64,000 nucleotides of DNA. It comes from Hyaloraphidium curvatum SAG 235-1. Taxonomy: Eukaryota > Fungi > Monoblepharomycota. The stretch is from NCBI GenBank assembly GCA_025558095.1, contig JAIVFI010000021.1, positions 642,499 to 706,498 of the forward strand, given 5' to 3'. Below are positions 1 to 14,265 of this stretch, in pieces. Numbering within the stretch: the stretch's first letter is position 1; every line of letters starts with the position of its first letter. Position numbers and translations under genes: made by a program. The notes under the pieces were generated by a model. The model was not told the DNA's origin, ran no database searches, and saw nothing but the letters and a program-made list of their open reading frames with translations.

Positions 1-3000
1 AGTTTGCCACCTCCTCGGAATGAACGTCACAGCTTTCGTGAAGGCGCTGCTGAAGCCTCAGATCCGGGCCGGAAAGGAGTCTGTCGTACAACACCGAAGC
101 TGTGAACAAGTCCTCTACTCCGTCGAGGCCCTCGCTCGTGGCATGTACGAACGCTTGTTCAGCTGGCTTGTGGACAGGATCAATGCGGCTCTTGATCGGC
201 CGAGTCCGAGAAACAAGTTCATCGGGGTTCTCGACATTGCCGGGTTCGAAATCTTTCAGGTGAAGCGCCGTTGCTGGCGCATACTGTGCTCGCTAGACCC
301 ACGATCTACGCTTTGCAGAGAAACTCGTTCGAGCAGCTTCTCATCAACTACACAAACGAGAAACTCCAGCAGTTCTTCAACCATCACATGTTCGTGCTCG
401 AGCAAGAGGAGTACAAGCAGGAGAACATTGAATGGCAGTTCATCGATTTCGGTTTGGATCTACAACCCACGATAGACCTGATCGAGAAGTCGACGGTGGG
501 CTTCCAAAGCAGTTCAGCGTTGCCGCTCCCTGATGCAGCCTGCAGCCTGTCGGGATCCTCTCTTGCCTTGACGAGGAGTGTGTCTTTCCGCAAGCCACGG
601 ACCGCACATTCACCGAGAAGCTGAACACGTTGTGGAAGGGCAAGTCGACCAAGTATGAGACGCCGAAGCTGCCCGGCCAATCCTTCACGCTGCAACATTA
701 CGCGGCAAGAGTCGAATATTCCACGGCCGGTTGGCTGGACAAGAACAAGGATCCGCTGAACGAGAACATTACAAATCTCCTTGCCGCTTCTTCGGAGCCT
801 TTCGTTGCTTCCATGTTTGCCGATTGCGTCGGCGACGCCGAGGAAAACTTCGCTGTTCGGAGATCGATCGTGAAGAAAGGCGCATTCAGGACGGTCGCAC
901 AGCGTCATAAGGAGCAGCTCATGACCCTCATGGCCCGGTTGCACGAAACGGAGCCTCATTTTGTGCGCTGCATCCTTCCCAATGAGGACAAGAAGGCCGG
1001 AAAGCTCGACACCGGCCTCGTGCTTGATCAGCTCCGCTGCAACGGCGTGCTTGAGGGCATTCGCATCTGCCGGGCTGGCTTCCCGAACAGACTGCCTTTT
1101 GCTGACTTCCGTGGCCGCTACGAAGTTCTGTGTCCCAGGGCGATACCTTCTGGCTTCGTTGACGGCCGCCAAGCGGCTGAGCGGCTCCTCGATGGCCTGC
1201 TGCTTGCGCAAAACCAGTACCGGCTCGGAACGAGCAAAGTGTTCTTCCGCGCTGGTGTGGTAAGTAGATTCTGCGAGAGTACGTAAGGTCACGGTGTTCA
1301 TCGATTTTGCGCAGCTCGCAGATCTCGAAGAACGGCGGGACCACCAATTGTCTGCGATATTCACTCGTGTCCAGGCGATTTGGCGCGGATACATCGCCAG
1401 GAAGCGCTTCACCCGACGAGTCCTGCAGCTTCGTGCAATCAAGGTAATTCAGAAAAACTCGAGGATCTATGTCCAGCTCCGGGAATGGCTGTGGTGGCGG
1501 TTGTATGCCAAGGTGAAGCCATTGCTGAGCGTCACTCGGGTCGACAACGAGCTGCAAAGGAAGGAGGAGGAGATCAAGTTTCTCTCCGACAATACGCGAC
1601 GAATGGAGGATGAGATCCGCAAGCTGGTGGCGCAGCGGACGGTTTTGGAAACTGAGAAGAAGCAGCTCGAAGACGCTGTTGCCGAGGAGCGAATGGCATC
1701 CACCGATCAAGCCGCCATCTTGGAGCGGACACAGCAGCGTGCGATCGAGCTCGACACTTTGCTCGGAGAGACCGTGGCAGAGCTGCAAGCCAAGCAAGCG
1801 CTTTTGGAAGTGCTGACCTCTCAAAGCTCGGATTTCGAGGAAGAAAGACGGCGACTGCTGGTACAGATCACCGATTTCGAGGCTGCCCTCGACAGGGCGG
1901 AGAAAGACAAATCTACCAGAGAGGATCAGCTGCGCTGTCTGAATGCGGATGTGGTTTCCGCCACGGAACGGACGGAGAAGCTTGATGCGGAACGCAAGGC
2001 CCTGGAACAGCTGCTCAGCGCAGCGCAGAATGAATTGGCCGAGGCAATGGCAAGCGAGTCAGATGCCATGCGGCACAGAGCGAGGCTTACCTCTGAGCTT
2101 GGGGAGACGGAGGAGAAGCTGCGCCGGGAGGTCGCCACTCGTGAACTGCTGGATGGTCGCCGCCTCGAGCTTGAGTCTTCTCTGCGCGAGTCCCAGGCCG
2201 CCGCGCAAGAGTCCGAGCTTCTGGTTCAGAAGCTGCGGGATTCCATTACTAGGAAGGAGACAGAGATATCCGCTCTTTTGGAGAAGCTGGCCGCGGAAAC
2301 ATCGGCCAAAGACTTGGCCGAGCTGGCGAAGCGTGACCTTTCATCCAGGATACAGTCACTTGAGTTGCATCTGTCAAACGAGGCGGAGAGCAAAGAAAGA
2401 CTGGTTGCCCTGAAGCAGAGGCTGGAGAGCGAAGTGGAGCAGCTCCATGCCCTCATGGTCCAAAAGGGCGATTCGGCGACGAAGCAGAGCGAGCTCCGGC
2501 AACTTCGCGAGAAGGAGCTGTACGATGCCAAGGAGCTGGTGCAATCTCTTCAAGCCGAACTCGAGGAAGCACGTCGCGTGTGGGCCACGCAGTCGAAGGC
2601 ACTTCAGTCCCAGGTCGATCAGGCGACTCAGGAGGTTCTTCGATTGGGCGAGACCAAGGCGACTCTGGAAGCTCGTTTGGCCTCGCTAACCCAGGATCTG
2701 GAAGCGGCGACCGAGCAGAATGATCGTCACGTTCGGGCTTCCCGACAGGCCCTTGCCGATCTGCAGGAAACGCGCCTGAGACTCGAAGAGGCACAAGACC
2801 GCCTCTTGGAGGCAACCAACGCCCGGTCATTGCTTCAGGCAACCTTGACAACGCTGTCATCCAGACTGGATGAGGCCGAACGTTCTAGTGCCCATTCTGA
2901 ACGGGAAGCAGTTTCGTTGGCGGCATCTGCGAGCCATCTGCGGGAGGAAAACGAAGACCTGAATCGCAGGCTTGCATCGTTGGAGGAGACGAAACGAAGG

Positions 3001-6000
3001 CTCCAAAACACCGTTTCTGAACTTCAGTCCAAGTGCGATGAACAAGAGGCACAGAATGGGGAGCTGAAGCGCCATCTCGAAATGCAGCTTGCGACCGCGG
3101 AGCGCCTCAAGGTCGCGCATCGCGAAGAAGTGCAGCTGAAAGCAATTGAGCTCGACGATGTCCGTAAGCGATTGGAAACCGAGATCGAGGACCTCAAATC
3201 GCGCGTCGCCGCGGCGTCCGCAACTCAAGCAAGCCTGGAAAAGGCTCGCAATCGGCTGAACGCCGATTTGGAGGACGTGAGGCACGAGAACGAGCAGCTG
3301 CAGGTGCTCGCGAGACAAGCAGACCGAAGCACCAAAGGACTCGAGCAACAGCTCGCCAGTCTGTCTGCAGAGCTGGATGCAGAGCGCAGGCACAAGGAAT
3401 CCGCAGAGTCGGACGTGCGCAAGCTCCAGGCTTCGGTCGACAACATGAGGGCCGAGCTGGAGCTGAAAAGCCAGTCGTACCTGAGCATCCAGCGCCAGAA
3501 GAACGACCTTGAGACGGAGCTGAAAAGCCTCATCGACGAGATCGGGGAAGGTGGCAAGAACGTTCACGAGCTGGAGAAGAGCCTTCGCCGCTCGGCGGGC
3601 AGGATAGACGAGCTTACAGCCCTTTTAGACGACGAGAGGCAAGCTAGAAGCAAGCTAGCGGACGCCAAATCCGAGCTCGAGGCTTTCCTTGCCGATCACC
3701 GCAGAAAAGCCGAGGCAGAGCTTGCGGCAAAGGAAGCTCAAATGGAAGACACTCGCAAGATCTTGCTCAAGGAGATCAACGAGCAAGGCGAACAGCTGGA
3801 AGCTCTCACCGAAGCTAACGCAGAGCTTGGGAGGGCGAAGAGGAAGCTCCAAGCCGAGCTAGACGAGCTCTTGAGCAAGGAGGATTCGTCCGCAAGGAGC
3901 AAGTCCGACCTCGAGAGGGCCAAAAGGGCTGCTGAATCTGCGTTGAAGGAGGTGCAATCGAAGCTGGAAACAGAGCTCCGTGCCCGGGCAGACTTCGAAG
4001 ACCTCGCAAGACGCCAAGAGCAAAAGGCCAACCATGCACAGGCTCTGGCCGAGCAGCTCCAGATGCAGTTGGAGAACACCGATCGCGAGCGGAGGAGCCT
4101 GATGAAGCAGGTCGAAGTGCTGCAGGTGGAACTTGACGGTCCCGATGAGTCTTCGCGGACGTCCCTCTTGTTAGCAAAGCGGGCATGGGAGAAGGACCGG
4201 CAAGCACTGCAGGAACGAATCCAGGCCCTCGAAGAGGAGCGTGGGGACCTCCTTGCGAACCAGGGGGTTGCGTCGACAGACGTCGAAGAACTGAAATCGC
4301 GCATCGAGACCGAGTACGAAGCACGACTCGAAAGGCTCGAGGCAGAGAAGAAGGCGCTGCTTACTGCTCAACGGTTCGTGACCCACATCCGTCGGTTGTT
4401 CATGGTTGACAAATATTTCTTCCGGCAGGCTACTTCAGCAAGAACTGGACGGCAAGGCCCTCGAGATTGCGAGCTTCGACAAGCAGAGGCGGTTAGCGCA
4501 GAGCGAGATGGAAGATCTTCGCCACCGCCTCGAAATCGAAATCTCGGCTAAGACGGAGGAGATTACGGCGAGGCGGCGGGTTAGCAGCGAGCTGAGGGAC
4601 GCCCTGGACAAGTGCACAGCGGAAGCAGCACGGTCGAAGGAGCATGCCGAGAATGCCGAGGCGCAAAAGGCCAAGGCGCATGAGCTGCTTGTTCGGCTTG
4701 AGCATGCCGAGATGGACCGCACCAAGGCTGAAAAGGACGCATCCACCGCGCGGCTCCAGCTGAAGGACTTGGAGGAATCGATCGAGGAGCTGGCCAACGG
4801 TCGCCGGGTCAGCGAGGACAAAGTCAGGCACCTGGAAGAGGAGCTTCAGGAAGCAAGAGAACTTCTAGAAGAGCGATCCGCAGAGACAACCGAGGCACGT
4901 ACCGATCGAGATAGGTCGCGCCTCGAACTGCGCCAGCTGCGCGAACGGCTCCAAGCCGAACTCGAGGAACGTGATGCAGCGATGGAGTCAGTGAAGAAAC
5001 GGCTGCAGAACGAGCTCCACCAGACCCAGGCAGACCTGGAAGCGGAAAGGGCTTCGTGCATTGCTATGCGCAGTGCGAGAAAGCAAATCGAGAACGATCT
5101 CCAGGCTTTGCAGGCGCAACTCGACGCGGAGCTGCGTACTTCGGGTGCTTGGCGCCGGGAAAAGGAGCGACTCGAATCAAAGCTGGATGAATTGAACCGG
5201 AACCTCTTCGACTCCGTGAAACAACAGGAGGACATTTTGGCCCTTCAAGCGGCCAGTGGTGCACGGATCCGCGATCTTCAGATTGCCGTCGACGACGCCG
5301 AAGCCCAGAAAGTGATACTGGAAAGGAGCAAGCGAGCTCTTGAAGAGCGCTTGGAGGAGGCATCGGAACAACTTCAAGAGGCTACCAGGGCAAGGCAAGC
5401 GCTGGAGAGATCCGTTGCCGCCCTGGATTCGGAGACATCGAGCTTGCGTGCTCAGCTGGAGGAACAGATTGACCGCGTTGCACAGAGCAACGAGAAAGTT
5501 CAGCACTCCGAGGGCCTCGCACAGACGTTGCAGATAGAGTTGAGCACGGAGCGGGAAAGTGCCGTCGAGATGGAGAGGGAGAAGGTAAGGAAGGGCAGAC
5601 TCTCTCGAATGATCCATATTTTTGACATTCACACAACAGCTTGCCCTCGAGCGACAAGTGAAGGACCTCAGTGCTCGGGTAATCGAGCTTGAAAACGGCG
5701 TCTCCTCGGATGCAACACGCGGCATTGCTAGGCTCCAAGCCCAGGTCGAAGTGCTCACCGGACAGCTGTCAGATGAGGCGCGGGAAAAGTCTCTTCTATC
5801 CAAAGCCATCCGGGAATCCGAGCGCCAGGTGCGGCTCTTGTCGTTCCAGGTTGCGGAAAAGGACAAGCTGGAGGGGAAACTTCGGGAGGACATCGATAAA
5901 CTCGACCAGAAGGCCCGGAAGCTCAAGCAACAAGTCGAGCACTTGGTTCGTCTTCTGAGTCTGCTGGAGCTTGCATCTCGCTCATCTCGTCGGCCCCAAT

Positions 6001-6273
6001 GTAGGAGGTAACCGAAAGCAACCTCACGATCGCAAAGCGGCGGGCTGAAAGGGAAGCCACCGAGTTCCGTGACCGGGCGTTCAGGTATTCTTGGGGACTT
6101 GCGACAAGGTGCACTGCAACTGACCGTGTTTTTATCGAAACAGGTTCGAAAAGGAAGTGGAGCGCATGAGGGCTCGGGTTGACTTCGGCTCTGGGGGACC
6201 TGGTGTCGGCTTTAGCGGGAGCCCCATCGCCGAAACGGCCGATGTTTCTCCGGACGGCGTGTCTGATAACTGA
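1..6273 (+). CDS. Myosin class II heavy chain, 5'-partial, spliced (introns ~260-318, 496-545, 1260-1314, 4374-4428, 5585-5639, 5946-6004, 6085-6143)
   Basis: Motor motifs [63 protein letters not shown]; IQ region; long coiled-coil tail. GT-AG introns join the ORF pieces in frame; stop TGA at 6271-6273. Confidence 0.95.
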
Positions 6274-6322
6274 TGCGAAGTCTAGAGCAATGTCATGTGC
6301 AGTACAAAGACCATGTGCTATG

Positions 6323-8636
6323 TCATTCTGGGCAGATTCTGGGCCATATCAGAGCGGCAACGTCGAAAAACGCTGAGAAGGACGACGGTTCAGGTGCATT
6401 CGAGGGCAGTCGAACTGACTTACGTCGATGGCAGTAATGCGAAATGTCGGCTCGCTCGTCAAACCTAGGTTCTAACGGCGTCCAAGTGTCCACGACCTCC
6501 ACACCCCACTTCCTCATAACCCGACGCAGGATCCAGTTCCATTTTTGCGACCTTCCGCGCGTGCTGAAGCCCGCTGTTTTCATCCAGCCGTTGTCGTACA
6601 CTAGCGGTTGCGGGGGAGTGGCTGTGGCGATGTATGAAGTGACGTTGTAGAGTTCTTTGTCCCGCGCCATGAAGGAGGCAAGCAAATCAAGCCCACGGTG
6701 CCAGAGCGTGGAGTTTGTGTACGACATTGGCCAAATGGAGAGCTGCCACAGCACAATTCTGACCTTCCGCGACCAGGGAAGCGCGTTTCGGTGGAACAAA
6801 TATTCCTCGAAGGTCGGCAGACGACCACCACGGTCCGGAAACAAAGGGTGGAAGAACTTTATGGCAAAGGCATCCGCGGCCGGAACTGTGCCGAGGAAAA
6901 AGTGCGGAGTCATGGGCCAGATCGTCATCACACACGACATGGCTTCGGACAAGCTTGCCGCCAGTGAGTCCCCGAGCAGAAGGGGCTGGTAGTTCCAGAA
7001 GCAGTGCTTCGTCAGCCACGCGGGAAAGAGCCAGGCATGGCGCGATTCTGCAACAAACGGCATGAACCGCCACTCGGGCCGGTTGGGCGTCTCGCACACA
7101 AGGCGACGGTCGTCATCGAAAAAGATCTTCGGGCACGTGGTCCGGTTCGGGTGCACCCCTGCGTGCCCCTTGGTGAAGTTTGCAGGTCGCTGAAGGAGTG
7201 TCCATCGTCCCAGAGACAAGGCAGAACGTGGTAATCGGTACGCCGACTGGGACGGAGGGGGATACAGTGGCGAATCGTACACAAACCGATGCAAGGAGCG
7301 CAACGCGGTCGGATACGGTCCCATCTGCGTGTAAATCCACGTATGAGAGCAAGTTTCGGCGAAGAGATATCCGATGTGCGCACCTGTTCTGCAATCGGTC
7401 CCACATTTAGACCCAAGTCCTCGAGGTCGTCTTTGCTGGCGAATTGAAGTTGCTGTTGAAACACGAAGGACGCGTTGAATGGCACATTGATCTGCCTCCC
7501 AGGAAACGAAGAGCTTCGTGCTTGGTATTCCTTGCGCGTCTTCTCTGGAACCCGGCAAAAGTCCCTGTGCGACAGTTAAACGCCGCCGAGTTTTGGTCCA
7601 CACGGAAGGCCCCTAACCTCATGTCTCTAAGAAGATCACTTTGCTCGAGACGGCGAGACAACTCGTCGTCGGAAAAGGCAAACGCCAAGCTGCACGCCCA
7701 TGGCTCCGCTATCATGGCGGTAGGTTCCAAGAGGCGAATGTACAGCGTGTACGGGCTACCCAAGCCGGCATCCGCCAAGGGTACGAAAAATGCAGCTTCC
7801 CAATGCCCTATCTGATCAGATGAGAGTTCCGGAAAGGGCTCCTCGAACCCACGGCCCTTATCGACTTGGGAGGGCGGATATGGCAGAGTTTTGGGGCCCC
7901 GTCCGCCGTTAAGCGCATTTTCATCCGCGGAACCAGGAGCGGTTTCGGAAGCCAAATCATCGAGAGAAATAGCAGCAGTCGCATCCGACAGGAGTCCACC
8001 CCAGGCATTGGTAGCAGGGCCACCTCGGTTGCTCCGTGGACTGGCAATCCCAGTCACCAGAGGCGCAGCACCAGACAGGTAAAGCCGCTCCGCCTCCGAA
8101 GCTCTCGGCCGCAGAAACACAGGCACGATGCTCGTCTCGCTCTTCAAGTAGGCGGTGAAAACACCGGGCGCCCGAATGTTGAAGTAATGGAGCTTGTCCG
8201 CGAGGAGCTTTCCCGGCAATCCGACGAACTCGGGTTCGGTGCTCGTCCAGGACAGGCGTATCGGGACCGTCCCGTTCGAAGACAACCAATCCTCGAAGGT
8301 GGCGTTCCAAACCAGGGAGGGTGCCGTCCGCAAGGAATAGAACGGCAGGGCTTCCGGAACTCCCGACTTGGCGTCGCAGTGCCGATACGCCTTTGCCGTA
8401 TCTTCCTGCTCGTCCTTCCCCCGCACCTCTATGCGCATCGTTTTGCCATTCTGGAGCGTTAGCAGAATGCTCCCGTCCTCGAGGTACGTGTAGTACGGCT
8501 CGTCCACGTTGTGGTCCGGCAGGTCCACGTTGTCCGGGCCGGCCGAAAACAGTCGTCTCGCCGCGACAAAGGCAGTTACCACAAGGAAAAAGGTCCCAAG
8601 GAGCCGCGTGCCCAATGGGAACAGCCTGCGGCTCAT
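6323..8636 (-). CDS. Type II membrane protein with C-terminal SGNH PC-esterase/trichome-birefringence-like (polysaccharide O-acetyltransferase-like) domain, spliced
   Basis: N-terminal TM segment (LLGTFFLVVTAFVAA); LLLGDSL and DISHYC match the GDS and DxxH motifs. Introns near 7565-7617, 7325-7383 and 6373-6423 join ORFs 7407-9218, 7012-7485 and 6323-7603. Confidence 0.6.
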
Positions 8637-9120
8637 GGCCGAGGAGTTCTCCAAAGATTCGACGGGCGTGGGCTGGGATAAGGAACCTTCCTTTTGGCTC
8701 GGCTCGCGACTTACCAGTACCGGTCTAACAACCCACCGACCTTGATGGGAGATCGTCTGCGCTTCCATCTTTACTTCACCAGTAAAGACCTTGCTGGACT
8801 TGTCTGGCTCTTTGTTCTCCTGGGTGGCGTTTCTTATTCGCCCCCAACATGCTCGGCCAGAGCTTGCCTTCACTTTCTCTCGGTCGCTCGTCGCATCAAC
8901 ATCGTACATCGCATTGCGCTCAGCCCATCTGTTACAAGCGTGCTTGCCACCGTTGTGCATTTCTTCGCCGATCGGGCAGAAAACGTTGTCTAGGAGGCGC
9001 CGCACACCGACGCTCCGCGAAAGAACCCTCATCGACCAGCTCGGCTCTGAATTCCGACACCGTCCCTCCATTTCAGGCGGTGCAATCCACCTGATACGCC
9101 GGCCTGCCCTCGATAGGTCG

Positions 9121-10635
9121 TCACATTGGGCGAGGAAGGGCTTCCCCAGGAGCAGCCTCCCGCCATGCACGATACGGTACGAACGAGCCTCGGGACGCGA
9201 CGTCCGAAGGAGTGCCATTCACCGCCACACGGTATCCTCTCTTTTCCTGCTCTGCCGCATATGCCTCCTCGATGGCATTCCAGTTCAGGCCTTCTTGAAG
9301 AGCGGCAAACCGTGACAGAAGCTGAAACAAGTAGCACAGAGTTGGTCGGAGCCTCAGGTTGCGCTTGGCAAACTGCATGGCGCGCAAGGCGATCCGCCGC
9401 GCCGCCGCATCGTGCCGGCGGAGGTACTCCACCGCCTCGTGCAGCCTCCAAGTTTCGGTGGGCACGAAGTGATACCACGGTTTCAGGAGACCGTAAAAGT
9501 GCTCCTCAAACTGATTGTCCGAGGGGAGAAGCGGGGTCATTCCTGACGAAAGCACCTGGAAGGACCTGAATGCCGCTCCGAAGCCGTCGACGCTGACCGC
9601 GTATCTGAACCCGTCCGCCTGCTCCTTCTGGCCCAGGAAGGAGCCGTTACGGCAGAGGCCTCTCAGGATGTAGTCCCTCGTCTCCTCGGTAAAGAATTTG
9701 GCGGCGAAGCCGGGGTTCCACACGGGATCGCAGGCAGCATCCAGGAGTAACGGGTGTAACGCAGAGTGCTGCATCAGACTCACCCGAATCTGCTGGAGGG
9801 GTATTATGCGCCGCGGACCATAATCGAATCCCGTGAGCGTTCCCCGCCATATCGCCTTGGGAACCCGGCGGTCCCAAGGCGTTGTCCCCACCCAAGAGTT
9901 CGATTCGCGACCCTGGAAAAGATCGCGCGCCAACAGGAAGTTCGGCAGCAGGACAAACTTCAAGCTTCGCGCCTTGGAAGCAACCATGAGCGGGTAGGTT
10001 GGATCGGGCGAATTCACGCCGTCGCGGCACTGCAGCACCAATCGTACGTCCGGGAGGCGCACTCGCCATCTCTCGGCAAGCTCCAGCAGACCCTCAATAA
10101 GCGGCGGGTAGTGCCAGCGGCACTCAAACACCCCTTTGATGCAATCCACGCAATTTCGCACGAAGAGTCGGTTGTCGACGATGCGGAACAGTTCGCGATC
10201 GGCGTGGGCGAGCAGCATCTCGCGGAACAGCCTCCCTCGTATCGCCTCGCCGTGAGGCAAGAAGTTGAACCAAGCACCAATTTGAGAATCGGCATGGCGC
10301 CCTCCCTGAAAATCGGAGCCCGAGCACAGCATGTCCTCGAATGCCGAGGCCGACCCAGAAGTGATGGCCGGAGACGCGAGCTCGCGCTCGCCCCGGCTGA
10401 AGGAGAGCCGCGCATCGCGCAGCTCGTCGCGGAGAGCATTGTACTCGCGTTCCTCTTCCTCCGTCCACGGGCTATCATCTTCAAGCGACGTCCACCGGGA
10501 ACTGAGCGGCCCGCCGGCAAGGTTCGCTGAAGCCGGCCGAGTAAAGGCCGTTCGGAGGCCCCACGCCAAAAGAACGATGAATGCAAGTAGCGATACAGTG
10601 CGCCCTTTCACCCTTTGCCGTCCCAAAGCGCGCAT
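9121..10635 (-). CDS. Glycosyltransferase family 90 (CAP10/POGLUT-like), type II membrane protein
   Basis: N-terminal TM segment; PWDRRVPKAIWRGTLTG, RYAVSVDGFGAAFR and EEHFYGLLKPWYHFVP are typical GT90 motifs. Confidence 0.85.
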   Translation of the reverse strand: MRALGRQRVKGRTVSLLAFIVLLAWGLRTAFTRPASANLAGGPLSSRWTSLEDDSPWTEEEEREYNALRDELRDARLSFSRGERELASPAITSGSASAFEDMLCSGSDFQGGRHADSQIGAWFNFLPHGEAIRGRLFREMLLAHADRELFRIVDNRLFVRNCVDCIKGVFECRWHYPPLIEGLLELAERWRVRLPDVRLVLQCRDGVNSPDPTYPLMVASKARSLKFVLLPNFLLARDLFQGRESNSWVGTTPWDRRVPKAIWRGTLTGFDYGPRRIIPLQQIRVSLMQHSALHPLLLDAACDPVWNPGFAAKFFTEETRDYILRGLCRNGSFLGQKEQADGFRYAVSVDGFGAAFRSFQVLSSGMTPLLPSDNQFEEHFYGLLKPWYHFVPTETWRLHEAVEYLRRHDAAARRIALRAMQFAKRNLRLRPTLCYLFQLLSRFAALQEGLNWNAIEEAYAAEQEKRGYRVAVNGTPSDVASRGSFVPYRAWREAAPGEALPRPM

Positions 10636-10767
10636 GAACGGGTCAATGCGTTGGCGCGCTCGGGGCAGCCTCGAGCAGGCAGCGGCCTCGTCGCGACGCG
10701 CGCGATCAATCCGCGGCCGCCCGTTTCAACATCCCAACCTCGTCGGAGTCCGACCAAGGCCGCCGCG

Positions 10768-11719
<952 letters not shown>

Positions 11720-11887
11720 AGGCGGCGGCGAAGTGACGAGAGGAGATCAGTTTGCCTCTGAAAAGTGATGTGGGTCCCAGACTCCGCTGCAACCGAACCG
11801 ACTTGCCCCGCAGTCCTAGCCCGTCCATCTCGGCTGGGTCGGACCATCCGCCAAATACCCCCCCCGGTCTGAGCATCGGAGCGAGTA

Positions 11888-12333
11888 ATGGTCCGCGTCT
11901 TTCCCTTGCGCTTGCGTGCCGAAGCCTGATATCTATGCTCCTCGTAAACGACACGTGGCGCTGTGACTACGCGAAACGACGCGTCGGCGGGCGACGCTGT
12001 AGCTGTTTTACTCTTTCTTCAAGACGCTCGTGGGTCAGTCAGTTACAGTCGAGCTCAAGAACGATGTCTCCATCAGAGGAACTCTAGTTTCCGTGGACCA
12101 GTTCCTGAACATCAAGCTGGACGATATTCGCGTGGCCGACGAAGCACGATTTCCCCACATGGTGAGACGCGCCTCCTGCAGACTCGTGGCGTGCTCACCG
12201 GGCTCTGCAGGTTGCCGTGAAGAATTGTTTTATTCGGGGATCGGTTGTGCGCTACGTGGCGCTGCCCGCGGCGGCAGTGGATACGGGACTTTTGCAGGAT
12301 GCAGCACGGCGCGAATCCCAACTGACGCGGTGA
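11888..12333 (+). CDS. LSM2: U6 snRNA-associated Sm-like protein LSm2 (first exon uncertain: ATG at 11888 or 11935; intron 12162-12210)
   Basis: Spliced translation LFYSFFKTLVGQSVTVELKNDVSIRGTLVSVDQFLNIKL...FPHM/VAVKNCFIRGSVVRYV...LLQDAARRE. Confidence 0.93.
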
Positions 12334-12583
12334 TGGATTCTAGTCCTGGAGTCAGGACGGTCGCTGAGGACTTGCCCTACTTTGGGCCCCTCCTCGTACG
12401 CGCCACCTAGTGCACACGGCCCAGGTGACGTCGTGGCTGCGACATGAGACACTCTGTCCGCGAGGCGAGCACTGCTGTCTGCTGTTGCACGAGATCGGGT
12501 GGACGCCACTTCGATGTCAGTAGTCCGACCTGACGCGTGTTTGAATTCTGGGGCATAGAATCGTCTCTTGGTTGCTGGACCAT

Positions 12584-14190
12584 TCAGTGCGGGAGCAGCA
12601 CCGCTTCTCGGCCCCTTGTGAGCAATTCTGTCGTCACATCTCCGACACCAGATGCTGGGTACGCTAGGCGCCAAAGCCCGTTTCGACTCCGGCGCCTCAC
12701 AGCCGACGGAATGCCCACGGTGCTTGAAGGTCTGAAAGCAAACTGAATAGGAGTAAGCGGGATTAAATCGAACCTGAAGGGCGTTGCCAACCTCCATGAA
12801 CCCATGGCAATCCAAAAGAGTCTCGGGCAATCGCTTTATAGTCCGCCATGCTTCCGGCCCGTCCCTCCGCCGGGTGATGTCACGCTGGAAAAGCAGCAGC
12901 AGCGAGAGCAACACTCTGTGCACGACCGTAAAGCCTTCGTAGAACAAGCAGTCCCATATTCGCAGCGTGGTCTGTACTGGGCGTCAAATCCGACACTTAA
13001 AACGGGGCGCTGCGCAGAGCCATCCCACCTCGACGGGCGTAGCACCCACAAAATTGGTCAGCATCCAGCCAAATGTAACGACCTTCAGGGGGCCTGGAAG
13101 CTTGTCCGTGCCAGGATCGTCCTTCGGAGGTGATTTTCGTCTCGCAGGCGCAGCGTCATCCATCCTGCACCACCACTCCCGGAAAGCCCGCAACCCGAAC
13201 TGCCGGGCATCTCGGGCGATCAAGATATCCCAGAAAACGTCCTGTTCTAGCAGCGCACCCGCCAAATCCGGATTTTGGTAGAGGCCCCGGGGAAGGATGG
13301 AGCCAACGACGGCGCAGAGCAGGAAAAAGACGCGTTGCTCGACGGCGCGTACCGCTGCCGGCGGCAGGTCGGCCAGATCGCCCGCCTCAAAGTAGCCGAC
13401 CAGCAACACCGTGCCAGACTCGGTTTCGGGGAAGCTCCCGACGCAGCGCGCAAACACGATGAGCATTAGGCCGGCCACGAAATTGAGCGACTGCGCGTAG
13501 CCGATGCGATACGGTGCTCGCATGTCCGTTTCCCAGACGGCGACCGGCGTAGAATACACGGCAAAAGCTCTGAGAATGCGCCGCAGCGACGAAATCCAAG
13601 CGTTTCCCGTGTGGGTACCGTTGCCCGGGGTTGAAGCATCCCCAGTCCGAAAATGGAGGTTGTCCGGGAATGTCCTGTGCAAATCTGCGGGACCCGGGGG
13701 CTTCAAATGAGACCGAAGTTTTGGCGGGCGGCGGTGTGGCTACCTTTGTCTATAGCCTCGAAGGAGGTCTGAAGGTCCCGGATTTCCTCAGAGTCCGTGC
13801 CCGCATCAACAGCCGGGGACGCCGCGATAGCGGCAAAGTGTTCGTAAGCTCCGCGGTGCTTTCGCATTAGCATCTCCGCTCCGCTGTACTTGAACCACGC
13901 CTCGATGCGGCGCTCGCCTGTCAACTTGGCACGCCGCACTACGGCGACGCGTTGCCACGCACCAAAGCCCGCAGATGCCGCGGAATGCCCTTGCGGACGA
14001 ATCTCAGCATTGTCGAAGACCTTTCCGGGAGCATGTTGCCGCTGTCGCTCATTTCCCGGTCCCACCGCGCACGTCGGCGGTCAAGCACGCGCTCGTAGTC
14101 CGCCTCCCACTGCAGCTGCTCCTCCAAGCTGTACGGGCTCCCAGGCCGCCGGAATCCGTAGTGGTCAAAGACCGGGGCTCCAGGAGCCAT
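12584..14190 (-). CDS. TBC-domain Rab GTPase-activating protein, spliced; ends approximate
   Basis: FDHYGF, RKGIPRHLRA, DLHRTFP (arginine finger) and GYAQSLNFVAG (glutamine finger) across several ORF pieces. Confidence 0.85.
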
Positions 14191-14265
14191 GCCGGCCGGC
14201 GCGCTACCGTTTGGGCCGATGGACACTTGCCAGGACTGACCGTATCACTGGCATCTTCCCCACAC

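Noticed and set aside
384-5926. Long antisense and alternate-frame ORFs over myosin (and similarly over other genes and retroelements)
   Set aside because: Shadow ORFs expected from high GC and codon bias.
11891-12002. Intronic snoRNA in the longer candidate LSM2 intron
   Set aside because: No convincing C/D or H/ACA boxes, and the intron may actually be the 59-nt alternative.
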